Source: a bacterium (lineage in GTDB: Bacteria > Verrucomicrobiota > Verrucomicrobiia > Limisphaerales > J093). Taken from it: a stretch of 64,000 nucleotides of DNA. A program made the position numbers and the translations under genes. Each line of letters begins with the position of its first letter. The first letter of the stretch is position 1. The DNA lies in the NCBI GenBank assembly GCA_021823625.1, contig JAKANS010000001.1:16483-80482 (forward strand), in the 5' to 3' direction. Of this stretch, positions 36,770 to 46,242 are shown piece by piece. The notes below the pieces were generated by a model. That model did no database searches. It saw only the letters and a program-made list of their open reading frames with translations, and was not told the origin of the DNA.

Positions 36770-37936
36770 ATGCGCACTAGGTTCGCCGAGCGTATGGACA
36801 ACCCGCCGAACCCGGACGCCCAGCCGCCTGTCATGCCGCCGCCGCCGCCGGTGCCCCTACCCTTGCTGTCCGCGACCTCGCCCGCCCGCCCACGCGGCGG
36901 CCGGTCTGGGCGCGGGTGGATGATCTTTTCGTTGATCCTGCTGGTGCTGCTGGCGATCAGCTTTCTCGGGAATCTGAAAAGCATGGTGCTCGCCATGCTC
37001 CCGATCTCTCCTGGCGCGGCTTATGTCAGCGGCCCGCAATTGCACGAAGTGCTCGTCGAGGACAATCGCAGCAGTGCCAAGATCGCCATCGTCGATATCG
37101 ACGGCGTCATCTACGGGGGTTACGTCGGTGCGGGCGACGGCAGCCCGGTGGAGTTGGCCGCGAGCCAATTGCAGCGCGCCCGCGAGGACCCGCGCGTCAA
37201 GGCCGTGATCCTGCGCGTCAATTCGCCTGGGGGCGAAGTCCTGGCCGCGGACGAGATCGCCCGCGCGGTGACCGAGTTCCAAGACAAGTCCGGCAAGCCG
37301 GTCATCGTCTCCATGGAAGGCCTGGCTGCGTCCGGCGGTTATTACGTGTCGGCGCCGTGCCGGTGGATCGTCGCGAACGAGTTGAGCCTCACCGGATCCA
37401 TCGGCGTGATCATGCACGGCTACAACTACCGCGGCCTGCTCGACAAGGTGGGCGTGCGCCCGCAGGTGTACAAGAGCGGCCGGTTCAAAGACATGCTCAG
37501 CGGCGAAAAGGCCGTGGTCTCACCGGAGGAGGACGCGATGATTCAGAAACTCATCGACGAAACCTTCGGCCGGTTCAAGGCCGTCATCGCCGAAGGCCGC
37601 GGCCGTGCCAACCGCGCCAACGAAGGCAAGGGTCGTAAGCTCGCCGGTAACTGGGAAGACTTCGCCGACGGCCGGGTGCTGTCCGGCAGGCAAGCCTACG
37701 ATCTCGGCTTCGTGGATGAACTCGGCACCTTCAAAACCGCGGTGAGCCGCGCCAAGGCCATCGCGGGCGTCGCCAGCGCGAACCTGGTCCGCTACCAGCA
37801 GCCGCCCAGCTTCAGCGACTTCTTCCGCCTGTTTGGCAAGGCCGAGAGCACCACGGTGAAACTCGACGTCGGCCTGAGCCTGCCGAAGCTCGAAGTCGGC
37901 CGGCTTTACTTCCTGTTCGCGCCCGGCGCGCGTTGA
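36770..37936 (+). CDS. sppA: signal peptide peptidase SppA (36K type, S49)
   Basis: VKAVILRVNSPGGEV and GLAASGGYY motifs. Start uncertain (ATG 36770 or 36794; the track begins at TTG 36755). Confidence 0.85.
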   Translation: MRTRFAERMDNPPNPDAQPPVMPPPPPVPLPLLSATSPARPRGGRSGRGWMIFSLILLVLLAISFLGNLKSMVLAMLPISPGAAYVSGPQLHEVLVEDNRSSAKIAIVDIDGVIYGGYVGAGDGSPVELAASQLQRAREDPRVKAVILRVNSPGGEVLAADEIARAVTEFQDKSGKPVIVSMEGLAASGGYYVSAPCRWIVANELSLTGSIGVIMHGYNYRGLLDKVGVRPQVYKSGRFKDMLSGEKAVVSPEEDAMIQKLIDETFGRFKAVIAEGRGRANRANEGKGRKLAGNWEDFADGRVLSGRQAYDLGFVDELGTFKTAVSRAKAIAGVASANLVRYQQPPSFSDFFRLFGKAESTTVKLDVGLSLPKLEVGRLYFLFAPGAR

Positions 37937-37983
37937 ACTACGCAGGCCGTCCGCCGCCTCCGCAAACCCGCTGTTCGTCCTCC

Positions 37984-39324
37984 ATGAAGGTTCCGTTCAA
38001 AACCGTTTCCGGATCGATCGTCGCCCCGCAAGGCTTCCTCGCGAGCGGCGTGTTTTGCGACATTAAACGCCTCGGCACCGGCAAAGGCTCGGACAAAGGC
38101 CGGAAGCGCGACCTGGCGTTGATCGTTTCCACGATGCCCGCCACGGTCGCCGGCCTGTTCACGACCAATCAGGTCTGCGCCGCGCCGGTCAAGGTGTGTC
38201 TCGAACGCGTGAAAACCGGCGTCGCGCAGGCCATCGTGGTAAACTCCGGCAACGCCAATGCCTGCACCGGCCGCCAGGGTTACCGCGACGCGCTGGCCAT
38301 GACGGAGCTGGCGGCCGCGCCATTTCATCTCCCGTCCGAACAAGTCCTGGTGGCCTCGACCGGCCGCATCGGCGTGCCGTTGCCGATGGCCAACGTGCGG
38401 GCCGGCATCGCGGCGGCGGCCCAGTTGCTGGGCGACGACGCGGCGCACGCCGCGGAAGCCACCGAGGCCATCATGACCAGCGACACGCGGCCGAAGCAGA
38501 TCGCCGTCGAGTTCAAGCTAGGCGGCCAGACCGTCCGCCTGGGCGGCATCTGCAAAGGCGCGGGCATGATCCAACCCGGCATGAGCGCCACCGGCGCGCG
38601 GCCCTCCGCCACGCCGTTGCACGCCACGATGCTGGCCTTTTTGACGACCGACGCCTCCGTTGCGGCCGGGACGCTCCAGGCCTGTTTGCAGGAAGCGGTC
38701 GCGCAGAGCTTCAACCGCATCACCGTGGACGGCGACATGAGCACCAACGACACCGTGCTCATTCTGGCCAACGGCGCCGCGGACAACCCCCAACTTCGCC
38801 ACCCGAACGCGCAGACTCGAAAGACCGAACTGAGCACCTTCCAGGCCGCGCTGAACCACGTCTGCCTGGAACTGGCCAAGAAGATCGTGCGCGACGGTGA
38901 AGGCGTGACCCGCTTCGTCACCGTGCGCGTCAGCGGCGCGCGGACCTTCGCGGAGGCCGACGCTGCGGCGCGCGCCGTGGCCAACAGCGCGCTGGTCAAA
39001 ACCAGTTGGTGCGGCGGCGATCCCAACTGGGGCCGCATCATCGATGCACTGGGGTACTCGGCGGCGACCGTTGTCGAAGAGCAGGTGGACATTGGCTACA
39101 GCGCGCCTGGCGGGCGCGCGGTCCTGTGGAGTCTGCGCCGTGGCCAGCCCACCCGGGCGACCTTCAAATTGCTTTGCGCCGCGGTCGCCGCCAAGGAGTT
39201 CGACCTGCACATCCGGCTCAACTTGGGCAAGGCGGGCGCGGTGATGTATGCCGCCGACCTGACCGAGGCCTACGTCGATTTCAACAAAGGCGACGTGAAC
39301 GACCCGGCCTCGCTGGGCGGCTGA
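37984..39324 (+). CDS. argJ: bifunctional glutamate N-acetyltransferase / amino-acid acetyltransferase
   Basis: 446 aa from ATG 37984. Autoprocessing context LHATMLAFLTTDA. Confidence 0.9.
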   Translation: MKVPFKTVSGSIVAPQGFLASGVFCDIKRLGTGKGSDKGRKRDLALIVSTMPATVAGLFTTNQVCAAPVKVCLERVKTGVAQAIVVNSGNANACTGRQGYRDALAMTELAAAPFHLPSEQVLVASTGRIGVPLPMANVRAGIAAAAQLLGDDAAHAAEATEAIMTSDTRPKQIAVEFKLGGQTVRLGGICKGAGMIQPGMSATGARPSATPLHATMLAFLTTDASVAAGTLQACLQEAVAQSFNRITVDGDMSTNDTVLILANGAADNPQLRHPNAQTRKTELSTFQAALNHVCLELAKKIVRDGEGVTRFVTVRVSGARTFAEADAAARAVANSALVKTSWCGGDPNWGRIIDALGYSAATVVEEQVDIGYSAPGGRAVLWSLRRGQPTRATFKLLCAAVAAKEFDLHIRLNLGKAGAVMYAADLTEAYVDFNKGDVNDPASLGG

Positions 39325-39459
39325 GCGCCGGGCCTGCACGTCTCTCGCGGGTGAGGTCCAGCCCCGGGCCTGAAGCGCGGATTTCCCGCCGACAACCTGG
39401 CACCGCTCGCTGCTTTCCAGCGCCGGCTGGTGAATTACCTCAAGCCCGTCCCGGTCGAG

Positions 39460-39535
39460 ACGATCCTGGAACAAGTCCGGTTGGCGGTCCGCGAATGCTC
39501 GAAGGCGGAGTTCATTCCCGAGCGATTTCGGGAAC
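39460..39535 (+). repeat. 76-nt direct repeat, left copy (islet boundary)
   Basis: 73/76 identical to 43373..43448. Lies at the 3' end of a start-less ORF remnant (39352-39546). Confidence 0.85.
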
Positions 39536-39799
39536 TCCGCGGCTGAGGCACCCGGCTCAGCCTGAAGGCCGCCGGTGGAGGCAGATGAGCACGGCAGGAG
39601 AAGCCCGCTGAGCACGACTGCTAGAACGGGAAAACACCGCCATTGCTGGCGCTCTGTGATTGTGAATAGCACTTTACCCACGTGCTCCTGGTGGCGTCTT
39701 GGGTTTTTTGGAGTAGGCTGCAACCCTTTATTTTGCGCCGGCCTTGACAAAACGTGTGGATTGACGCGGGAACGCGTACGGAAGTACAAAATACGCAAG

Positions 39800-41077
39800 A
39801 TGCCTCAGGTTAAGTTTGGGAAAGCGATGGGGGCGAGGGTAACGCTTGGCATGGAAGCCTTGCTGCTCGCTTGCGTTATCCTCCGAACCCTCCTGGGTGC
39901 GATGGCTCAGGGCGCCGAGAGCCGTGGCCCCGTCCCGATTTATGCCTACAGTCCCGATGGGTGGCTGATCGAGTTGTGCTTTGACAAGGCGATCGAGCGG
40001 ACCAGTGCGACGAACGTGGCGAACTATGCGCTTTCCGATCCTCGCTATGAAACCACCTCCGCGATTCTGCGAGAAGACGGTCAATCGGTGATCCTGCGCC
40101 TGGCGCGCCAGTATCCTTTCGGTGTGGCGAAGCTTGAAGGGACAAACATTGTCGGTCTCGACGGGCAATCCACTCCTTGGGTATATACCCTCCACTTCGG
40201 TGACTATGGTGCGACGGATGTCGGCAACCCGGGCACTGATCCCAAGGAACCCGGCAGCTATTTCAATTGTAGGGGTGATGAATTCCAAATCGTCAGCAGC
40301 GGCGCGGGATGGGAGGCGGCCAGCGACGGCTTCTTCTTCGTACACACGCCCGTCGGTCCAGCAGTGCAAGGGATTTACGTCTGGCAGATCTCGTCGCTGG
40401 AAGCGGCAAACAAGGATTCGAGCGTTGGCGTGATGCTCCGCGAGGACCTGAGTGCGATCAGCCGCTTTGTGTGTGTTTCGATCACCGCAACGGACGAAGC
40501 TGCGCGCGATGGTTCCGGCCCCGGAAGCGCTCTGGTGAAAGTGCTCTGGCGCGACCAACCGGGCGCGTTACCGACAGAGACGTCGGGTACTCGCTCCATC
40601 CAGGGACTCGTTTTGACGAATCTTTGGTTTAGTATCTTCCGATACGACCGGACAATAGAGGTGGGTTGGCGCACTCGACCGGGGGACAGCGCGGAGACGC
40701 TCGCAAATGTCACATTCTCCATGCCTGTTACGGAGAAGTGGCAGATTGGCTTGGCCGCGGCGTCACACAACAATGCACCAGGTTTCTCGGGCCGGTCTGT
40801 GTCTTCATTCTACGAGTTACACGGCGACCCATTCACGCTCCCGAGACTGAGAGCCAAGCTGGGGGAAGGCGAGTTGACGCTCAGCTGGACCGTTGACTCT
40901 ATCGAGGACGAGTACCTATTGATGTCGAAACCGACCCATGGCCCCGATACCTACTGGGATGTGGTCACGAACCCGGTTGTGACCACCGCCGGCCCCACTG
41001 GTGTGACCAATTTGGTCCGCGTGCCGGTCGAACCGGCCGCCAAGTTTTTTGCGTTGGGAGTCGGCCGGGGTTTTTAG
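39800..41077 (+). CDS. secreted hypothetical protein (SbsA-type Ig-like N-domain plus jelly-roll / LamG- or DUF1349-like domain)
   Basis: 425 aa from ATG 39800, with internal alternative starts possible. Hydrophobic leader MEALLLACVILRTLLGAMA. IELCFDKAIERTSATNVANYAL. Confidence 0.6.
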   Translation: MPQVKFGKAMGARVTLGMEALLLACVILRTLLGAMAQGAESRGPVPIYAYSPDGWLIELCFDKAIERTSATNVANYALSDPRYETTSAILREDGQSVILRLARQYPFGVAKLEGTNIVGLDGQSTPWVYTLHFGDYGATDVGNPGTDPKEPGSYFNCRGDEFQIVSSGAGWEAASDGFFFVHTPVGPAVQGIYVWQISSLEAANKDSSVGVMLREDLSAISRFVCVSITATDEAARDGSGPGSALVKVLWRDQPGALPTETSGTRSIQGLVLTNLWFSIFRYDRTIEVGWRTRPGDSAETLANVTFSMPVTEKWQIGLAAASHNNAPGFSGRSVSSFYELHGDPFTLPRLRAKLGEGELTLSWTVDSIEDEYLLMSKPTHGPDTYWDVVTNPVVTTAGPTGVTNLVRVPVEPAAKFFALGVGRGF

Positions 41078-41217
41078 TTCTAGGAAAACCGATGCCCGAC
41101 TGGATTAGCCCATTGGGCTGGTGCAGAAGACACTGTGGTGCATACATCCGTAATGTGGGGTCCTAATGAGTGTCATAGCATTGAAACGGGCATCTTTGCG
41201 GTTTGGAAAGTAACAAA

Positions 41218-43314
41218 ATGTCAATCCTTATGAAAACTGTAACACAGACTCCTTGGAGAACAACAATAGCAATCTCTGCGGCTCTCACTCTGATCGGCGA
41301 ATACATATCGCTTGGACAAGCCTTGCTAGGTGTGCCACAAGCTCCGCCCAGCTTGCCAGATGCTACCAGATCAATCTCCAAACCAGGAAATGCTTTTCTT
41401 GAGATCGACCCGATTGACCGGTTGGTGGCTCCATCTTCGCCGTTGTCAAAGAAGGAAAGACTAGATCGAATCAATTCACTCTGGTTTAGCGGGTCCACAC
41501 GGAGGCTTAATATGAATCTCTTCGACGATGCGAAACTCAGCGTCGTCATTGACCGATATGAAACCATGCGCGACGTCAGAGTATTTTACGGGCACGTTGA
41601 AGGCGACGACGAACTTATGGTCTTGATTGCTCATCGGGATGATACTATTGCTGCGCGCATTCGCGGCCCCGACGGGCGAATTTTCTATGTCGGCTACGTC
41701 GGCGACGGAATTCATAGGATCTGCGAGCTTGACCCGCTCAAGCTGCGAGACGTGGTGCAGGATGATGTTTTGTCCGAGAGTAAAGAACTTCAACCGGTTG
41801 TCGAGGCGACTCGTCCGGGAGCAATAGCCAGCCGGACCATTACCACACCGCCTGTGATCGACGTTATGATCCTGTACACAACAGAAGAAAAGGACATGCT
41901 AGGCGGTCAAGCAGCCACTGAAGCGAGAATCGCCCTGAGCGTCGCCTACGCGAACGAAGCCTTCCGTCGCAGCTTCGTTGACGCCAGACTGCAATTGGTC
42001 CACATAGAAGAGGTCACCTCAGAATGGCATCAGCCCACTCATACTGCGCTGGGCGAGCTAAGTTGGGTAGCATTCGATCCAGTCGTAGCGCAGAGACAGG
42101 CTAGCTACGGTGCCGACTTGGTGAGCCTACTGAGCTATTTTACAGACTGGGGCGGGATGGCCTATTGTTCGGATTATTGGTCTGTCTATTGTCATTACCC
42201 AGAGCACTTTACGCATGAAGTTGGCCACAGCTTTGGCTGTAACCACGAGCGCGATTGTTCGTTTCCCCCGTACTGCGGAAGTCAAGACTATAATTACGGT
42301 TACCATTTTACCTCTCCGGTGGATGGGGTGCATTACGGAACGATTATGTCCTATCAAGGATTTTATTCCGACCTTTTCTCCAATCCCACGAACTATTTTC
42401 GCGGAGCTGCGACCGGCATTCCAGAAGGCCTGACAGATGCCGCGGATAACGCTCGCCAGTTAAATTCCGCTGCGGCAGGGGTCGCCTCTCGGAGGAGCCC
42501 TGCAGTTACCGTATTGTCGTCACCCGCTTTGATCAACAACGGAACCCAGTTCTCGTTTCAGATCGTTGGGCCTAATTCCGGAGTGTATCGCGTCGAGTAC
42601 ACCAGCGACTATGCTTCATGGTCCACACTTGGGGACTACACTCTCAGCTCTGGAAACGTGGCGATGGCAGACAGCATTGGGAATAGCCCCTATCGGTTCT
42701 ACCGGGCGAGGCTGGGCAGCGCGTATTTGGGTACACAGATTGGGTATATCAAGATGACCGTTCCGGCGGGTTTCAGCATGATTGGCAACCAACTCGATAA
42801 CGGGGACAACACTTTCGACGCGCTTTTCCCGCTGGGATCCGTGCCGGAAGGGACAACCGCCTACAAATACGATGAGCAAGCAAATCCACCCGGGTACGTG
42901 ATCAAGTCCTATGTTTCTGGCGAGTGGACCTATCCCTGGATGACGCTTCGACCAGGGGAGGGTGTGCTCTTTCAACCCCCGACCGCGGTCAACCTGGCAT
43001 TCGTCGGTGAAGTGTTGCCCGCGTTTAACCGTAGAGTGCGTACGGGATTCAGCATTCAAAGCTCGGCTGTACCTCAGGCTGGCTTGGTTACGTCAGTCCT
43101 GCGTTTTCCAGGTGTCGCCCCAGATGGAGAGAGCATCTCCGCGGGAGATGTTGCGTACAGGATGATCAATACTGCCGGCGATTACCAGATGTTCACCTGG
43201 AGCGGTACAGCGTGGACGCCATCCGAACCAGTGATGGGCATCGGTGAGGCCTTTTGGTCGAACAAGCAGAACCAGACAGGTTATTGGAAACGGGTGTTTT
43301 GGACTTGGCCGTAA
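41218..43314 (+). CDS. secreted zinc metalloprotease (metzincin / reprolysin-like) with a long beta-rich C-terminal region
   Basis: 698 aa from ATG 41218. HEVGHSFGCNHE zinc motif with downstream GTIMSY (Met-turn candidate). N-terminal hydrophobic segment. Confidence 0.75.
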   Translation: MSILMKTVTQTPWRTTIAISAALTLIGEYISLGQALLGVPQAPPSLPDATRSISKPGNAFLEIDPIDRLVAPSSPLSKKERLDRINSLWFSGSTRRLNMNLFDDAKLSVVIDRYETMRDVRVFYGHVEGDDELMVLIAHRDDTIAARIRGPDGRIFYVGYVGDGIHRICELDPLKLRDVVQDDVLSESKELQPVVEATRPGAIASRTITTPPVIDVMILYTTEEKDMLGGQAATEARIALSVAYANEAFRRSFVDARLQLVHIEEVTSEWHQPTHTALGELSWVAFDPVVAQRQASYGADLVSLLSYFTDWGGMAYCSDYWSVYCHYPEHFTHEVGHSFGCNHERDCSFPPYCGSQDYNYGYHFTSPVDGVHYGTIMSYQGFYSDLFSNPTNYFRGAATGIPEGLTDAADNARQLNSAAAGVASRRSPAVTVLSSPALINNGTQFSFQIVGPNSGVYRVEYTSDYASWSTLGDYTLSSGNVAMADSIGNSPYRFYRARLGSAYLGTQIGYIKMTVPAGFSMIGNQLDNGDNTFDALFPLGSVPEGTTAYKYDEQANPPGYVIKSYVSGEWTYPWMTLRPGEGVLFQPPTAVNLAFVGEVLPAFNRRVRTGFSIQSSAVPQAGLVTSVLRFPGVAPDGESISAGDVAYRMINTAGDYQMFTWSGTAWTPSEPVMGIGEAFWSNKQNQTGYWKRVFWTWP

Positions 43315-43372
43315 CCGATGTCAGAAGGTTCACCTGCAGTCAGGACAACGCGCGCGTGTCCCTCGGATCAAA

Positions 43373-43448
43373 ACGATCCTCGAACAAGTCCGGTTGGCGG
43401 TCCGCGAATGCTCGAAGGCGGAGTTCATTCCCGAGCAATTTCAGGAAC
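43373..43448 (+). repeat. 76-nt direct repeat, right copy (islet boundary)
   Basis: 73/76 identical to 39460..39535. Confidence 0.85.
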
Positions 43449-43471
43449 CACGCGCCCGAACCGCGTGGTTC
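43445..43471. terminator. 10-bp GC-rich hairpin abutting the aldolase stop codon
   Basis: GAACCACGCG-cccgaac-CGCGTGGTTC. No U-tract on either strand. Confidence 0.35.
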
Positions 43472-44222
43472 AAATGCTGAGCTGCCCTTGCCGGTAGGCC
43501 TCGTCCGGGCGGGTGGTGATGCGCTCGACGTGTTGCGGCAACAGGAAGGTCGGCCCACCCATGGCCGCCGCGCCGGCGAAAATGCGCGCCGCCTTGTCCG
43601 CCATCAACAGGCAGGAAAGGACCGATCTCGGCGAGCCGCCCAGCGCGATGACCCCGTGGTTTTGGAGGAGGATCAACTTGGGCACGTTCCCGTGATCGCG
43701 GATGAAATCCTTGGTGCGCTCGCGAATCTGCCAGGCCAGCGCCAGCCCAGGGTCGGCGTAAGGCACATAGACCGACGCGGCGCCGCAGAAGACGATTTCG
43801 TCCGGGAACATTCGCAGCTCGGCGAAGTCGCGGGCGCGCGGCGAACACAGGATTTGGTTCACGCTGGTCGGATGGCAGTGGCCGATGAAACGGACGCCCT
43901 CCAGGGTGAGCAACCAGGCATGGAACATCGCTTCAATGCTGGGCTTCTTCGCGTTCGGATCCAATCGCGCCTCAAGCAACGCCTTTTCGACCACCGCATC
44001 GGGCAGGCTCTTCTTGTCCAGCAACGTGACCAGCCGGCCGGTGTCGCAGACCGTGACCTCGGCTTCGGTGAGCGAGGCCAGCCGCGTGCCGCTGGCCTTC
44101 ACGGCAAGCTGGGTGGGGCTGAGCCGGACCGAGGTGTTGCCTTCACCGAGGAGGGCGAGGTCGCGGTCTTCGCGGCCCATTTCGTGGGAAAGCTCCAGCA
44201 ACGCGGCGATGTCGTCGTGCAT
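43470..44222 (-). CDS. class II aldolase/adducin-family protein
   Basis: 250 aa from ATG 44222. Motifs FIGHCHPT and LLQNHGVIALG. Confidence 0.85.
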   Translation of the reverse strand: MHDDIAALLELSHEMGREDRDLALLGEGNTSVRLSPTQLAVKASGTRLASLTEAEVTVCDTGRLVTLLDKKSLPDAVVEKALLEARLDPNAKKPSIEAMFHAWLLTLEGVRFIGHCHPTSVNQILCSPRARDFAELRMFPDEIVFCGAASVYVPYADPGLALAWQIRERTKDFIRDHGNVPKLILLQNHGVIALGGSPRSVLSCLLMADKAARIFAGAAAMGGPTFLLPQHVERITTRPDEAYRQGQLSI

Positions 44223-44343
44223 GGCGACGATTGAAGCCGTCGCGCCCCGCGCCGCCAAGCGGCAAAGCACTCGCGGCCAGTTCAGCCGCGCTGCGCCACT
44301 CAGCGCTGGCGCGGGCGGACCGGGCCGCTAATCTCCGCGGCTC

Positions 44344-46209
44344 GTGAACGCGCAATCGACTCCGGTTTCCCGCAAAGGCGGTCCCGCCCGCCGCTGGCTC
44401 AAAGTGGTCGCCGCCTCGATCGGCGCGGGAGGGCTCGTTCTGGCCGCGCTGGTGGTAAATGTCGTGTGGTTCAAGCCGTTCAGCTTCCGGCTTTTTTGCG
44501 AGCGGGTGTTCATCCGGGTGGCGCTCCAGTCGCCGGAAATGATGACCCAGCTCGGCCTCGCCGATTCGTTGGGGATCGATTACTTCAATTCGCGGCTCAC
44601 GGATCGTTCGGAGGCCCACGTCCGGCACCTGCTCGCGCAAGGCCACGAGGACCTGGACACCTTGCGGCGGTACGACCGCGCGAAGCTGACCGCGAGCGAG
44701 CGGCTTTCCGCCGACATTCTCGGGTGGTTCCTCGAAACCGCGGTCAACGGCGGCGACCGGTTCTTCTACCACCCTTACGCCATCGAGCAAATGGACGGCA
44801 TCCAGGTGGCGCTGCCCAACTTCATGGTGAACGTGCATCCGCTGCGCACCCGGCGGAATTGCGAAGATTACGTGGCCCGGCTCGCCGCGTTCGGCCGCGC
44901 GTTCGACGACACGATCGCGTTCGGCCGCGCGCAGACCGGGCGGGGCATCGTACCGCCGCGGTTTGTGATCGCGAAGGCGCTGGATCAGCTCCGCGATTTC
45001 ACCGCCCGGGAGCCGAAGCAGTGCGCGCTCTACACCGTCTTCGCCGAGAAGACCGCCGGTGTGAAAGACCTTGAAACGGCGGACCGCGAGGCGTTGCTGG
45101 CCCAGGCGCTCACGCAGGTCGAACAGACGGTTTATCCCGCCTTTCGCCGGCTGACCGCGCACATGGAAACGATCGAGGCCAGGGCCACGGACGACGCCGG
45201 CGTCTGGAAACTCCCGAACGGCGAAGCCTATTACGCGTTCTGCCTGCGCGAACACACCACGACCGATCTCACGCCGGCACAGGTCCACCAAATGGGCCTG
45301 GCGGAAGTCGAGCGCATCACGCACGAAATGCGCGGAGGCCTCGAGAAGCAAGGATTGCACGGCAAGTCGGTGGCGGAACTCATGCACGACCTCGCGAAGG
45401 ACCGCCGCTTCCTCTACGCGAACGACGCCGCCGGGCGGAAGGAGGCGATCGCGCACTTGCAGCAAATGTTGGACGAAGCCAACGCCGGCATGTCCAACTA
45501 TTTTCGCCACCGGCCGAAGGCGGGAATGCTGGTGAAGCGCTTCGAGCCGTTTCGCGAACAAGCCGCGGCGATGGGCGAGTACATGGAGGGCTCCTTGGAC
45601 GGCAAACGGCCGGGCATCTTCTTCGCGAACCTCCGCAACATGGACGAGTTCCCGCGGTTCTTCATGCGGACGCTGGCCTACCACGAAGGCATCCCGGGGC
45701 ATCACTTCCAGATTTCACTCGCCGCCGAGTTGAAGGGCGTGCCGACGTTCCGGCGGGTCATCCCGTTCAGCGCCTACGTGGAAGGCTGGGCCTTGTACGC
45801 CGAGCGGCTGATGTGGGAGGTCGGGTTTCACCAGGATCCCTTCGACAACCTCGGCCGGCTCCAGGACGAACTGTTCCGCGCGGCGCGGCTGGTGGTGGAC
45901 ACCGGCATCCACTACAAACGGTGGCCCCGCCAGCAGGCCATCGATTACCTCCAGCAGACCACCGGCATGGCCGAGACGGATGTCGCGAACGAGATCGACC
46001 GCTACATCGTCTGGCCCGGCCAGGCGTGCGCATACAAAACCGGCATGCTCAAGATTCTGGAACTGCGGGAAAAGGCGAAGAACGCGCTGGGCGCAAAGTT
46101 TTCGCTCAAAGATTTCCACGACGTCGTGCTGCTCAACGGCGCGATGCCACTGGGTGTCTTGCAGCAAGAAGTCGAGCGCTACGTCGCGCGGGTCAGCGCC
46201 GCGCCGTAA
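44344..46209 (+). CDS. DUF885-family protein
   Basis: 621 aa with GTG start. YHEGIPGHHFQ and YVEGWALYAE motifs. Confidence 0.85.
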   Translation: MNAQSTPVSRKGGPARRWLKVVAASIGAGGLVLAALVVNVVWFKPFSFRLFCERVFIRVALQSPEMMTQLGLADSLGIDYFNSRLTDRSEAHVRHLLAQGHEDLDTLRRYDRAKLTASERLSADILGWFLETAVNGGDRFFYHPYAIEQMDGIQVALPNFMVNVHPLRTRRNCEDYVARLAAFGRAFDDTIAFGRAQTGRGIVPPRFVIAKALDQLRDFTAREPKQCALYTVFAEKTAGVKDLETADREALLAQALTQVEQTVYPAFRRLTAHMETIEARATDDAGVWKLPNGEAYYAFCLREHTTTDLTPAQVHQMGLAEVERITHEMRGGLEKQGLHGKSVAELMHDLAKDRRFLYANDAAGRKEAIAHLQQMLDEANAGMSNYFRHRPKAGMLVKRFEPFREQAAAMGEYMEGSLDGKRPGIFFANLRNMDEFPRFFMRTLAYHEGIPGHHFQISLAAELKGVPTFRRVIPFSAYVEGWALYAERLMWEVGFHQDPFDNLGRLQDELFRAARLVVDTGIHYKRWPRQQAIDYLQQTTGMAETDVANEIDRYIVWPGQACAYKTGMLKILELREKAKNALGAKFSLKDFHDVVLLNGAMPLGVLQQEVERYVARVSAAP

Positions 46210-46242
46210 AGTTGGCCGGCCCGCCACCAAGGCGGCGGAGCC

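Larger units (their letters stand above)
39536..43372 (+). mobile_element. low-GC genomic islet (putative horizontally acquired insert; no mobility gene present)
   Basis: Bracketed by the 76-nt direct repeats. Hand-counted G+C is 24/60 (41221-41280) and 33/60 (40021-40080), versus 49/60 in argJ (38401-38460). Confidence 0.45.

Noticed and set aside
36320-36793. RNase P RNA, 6S RNA, tmRNA or a known riboswitch in the long CBM48/sppA intergenic region.
   Set aside because: I could not find the diagnostic conserved boxes (GAGGAAAGUCC and ACAGAACCCGGCUUA for RNase P, the tmRNA tRNA-like ends, TPP/ZTP/cobalamin cores). It is left as an unexplained structured region in the findings.
39352-39546. 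Start-less ORF after argJ (..LKRGFPADNLAPLAAFQRRLVNYLKPVPVETILEQVRLAVRECSKAEFIPERFRELRG) as a real gene.
   Set aside because: There is no ATG/GTG/TTG start after the in-frame stop at 39349, and I recognise no family. It is treated as a remnant associated with the 76-nt repeat.
43455-43475. ggttcaaat resembling a tRNA T-loop at the right islet boundary, which would be a possible tRNA att site.
   Set aside because: It is the 3' arm of the 10-bp hairpin GAACCACGCG/CGCGTGGTTC and overlaps the aldolase stop codon. There is no cloverleaf.
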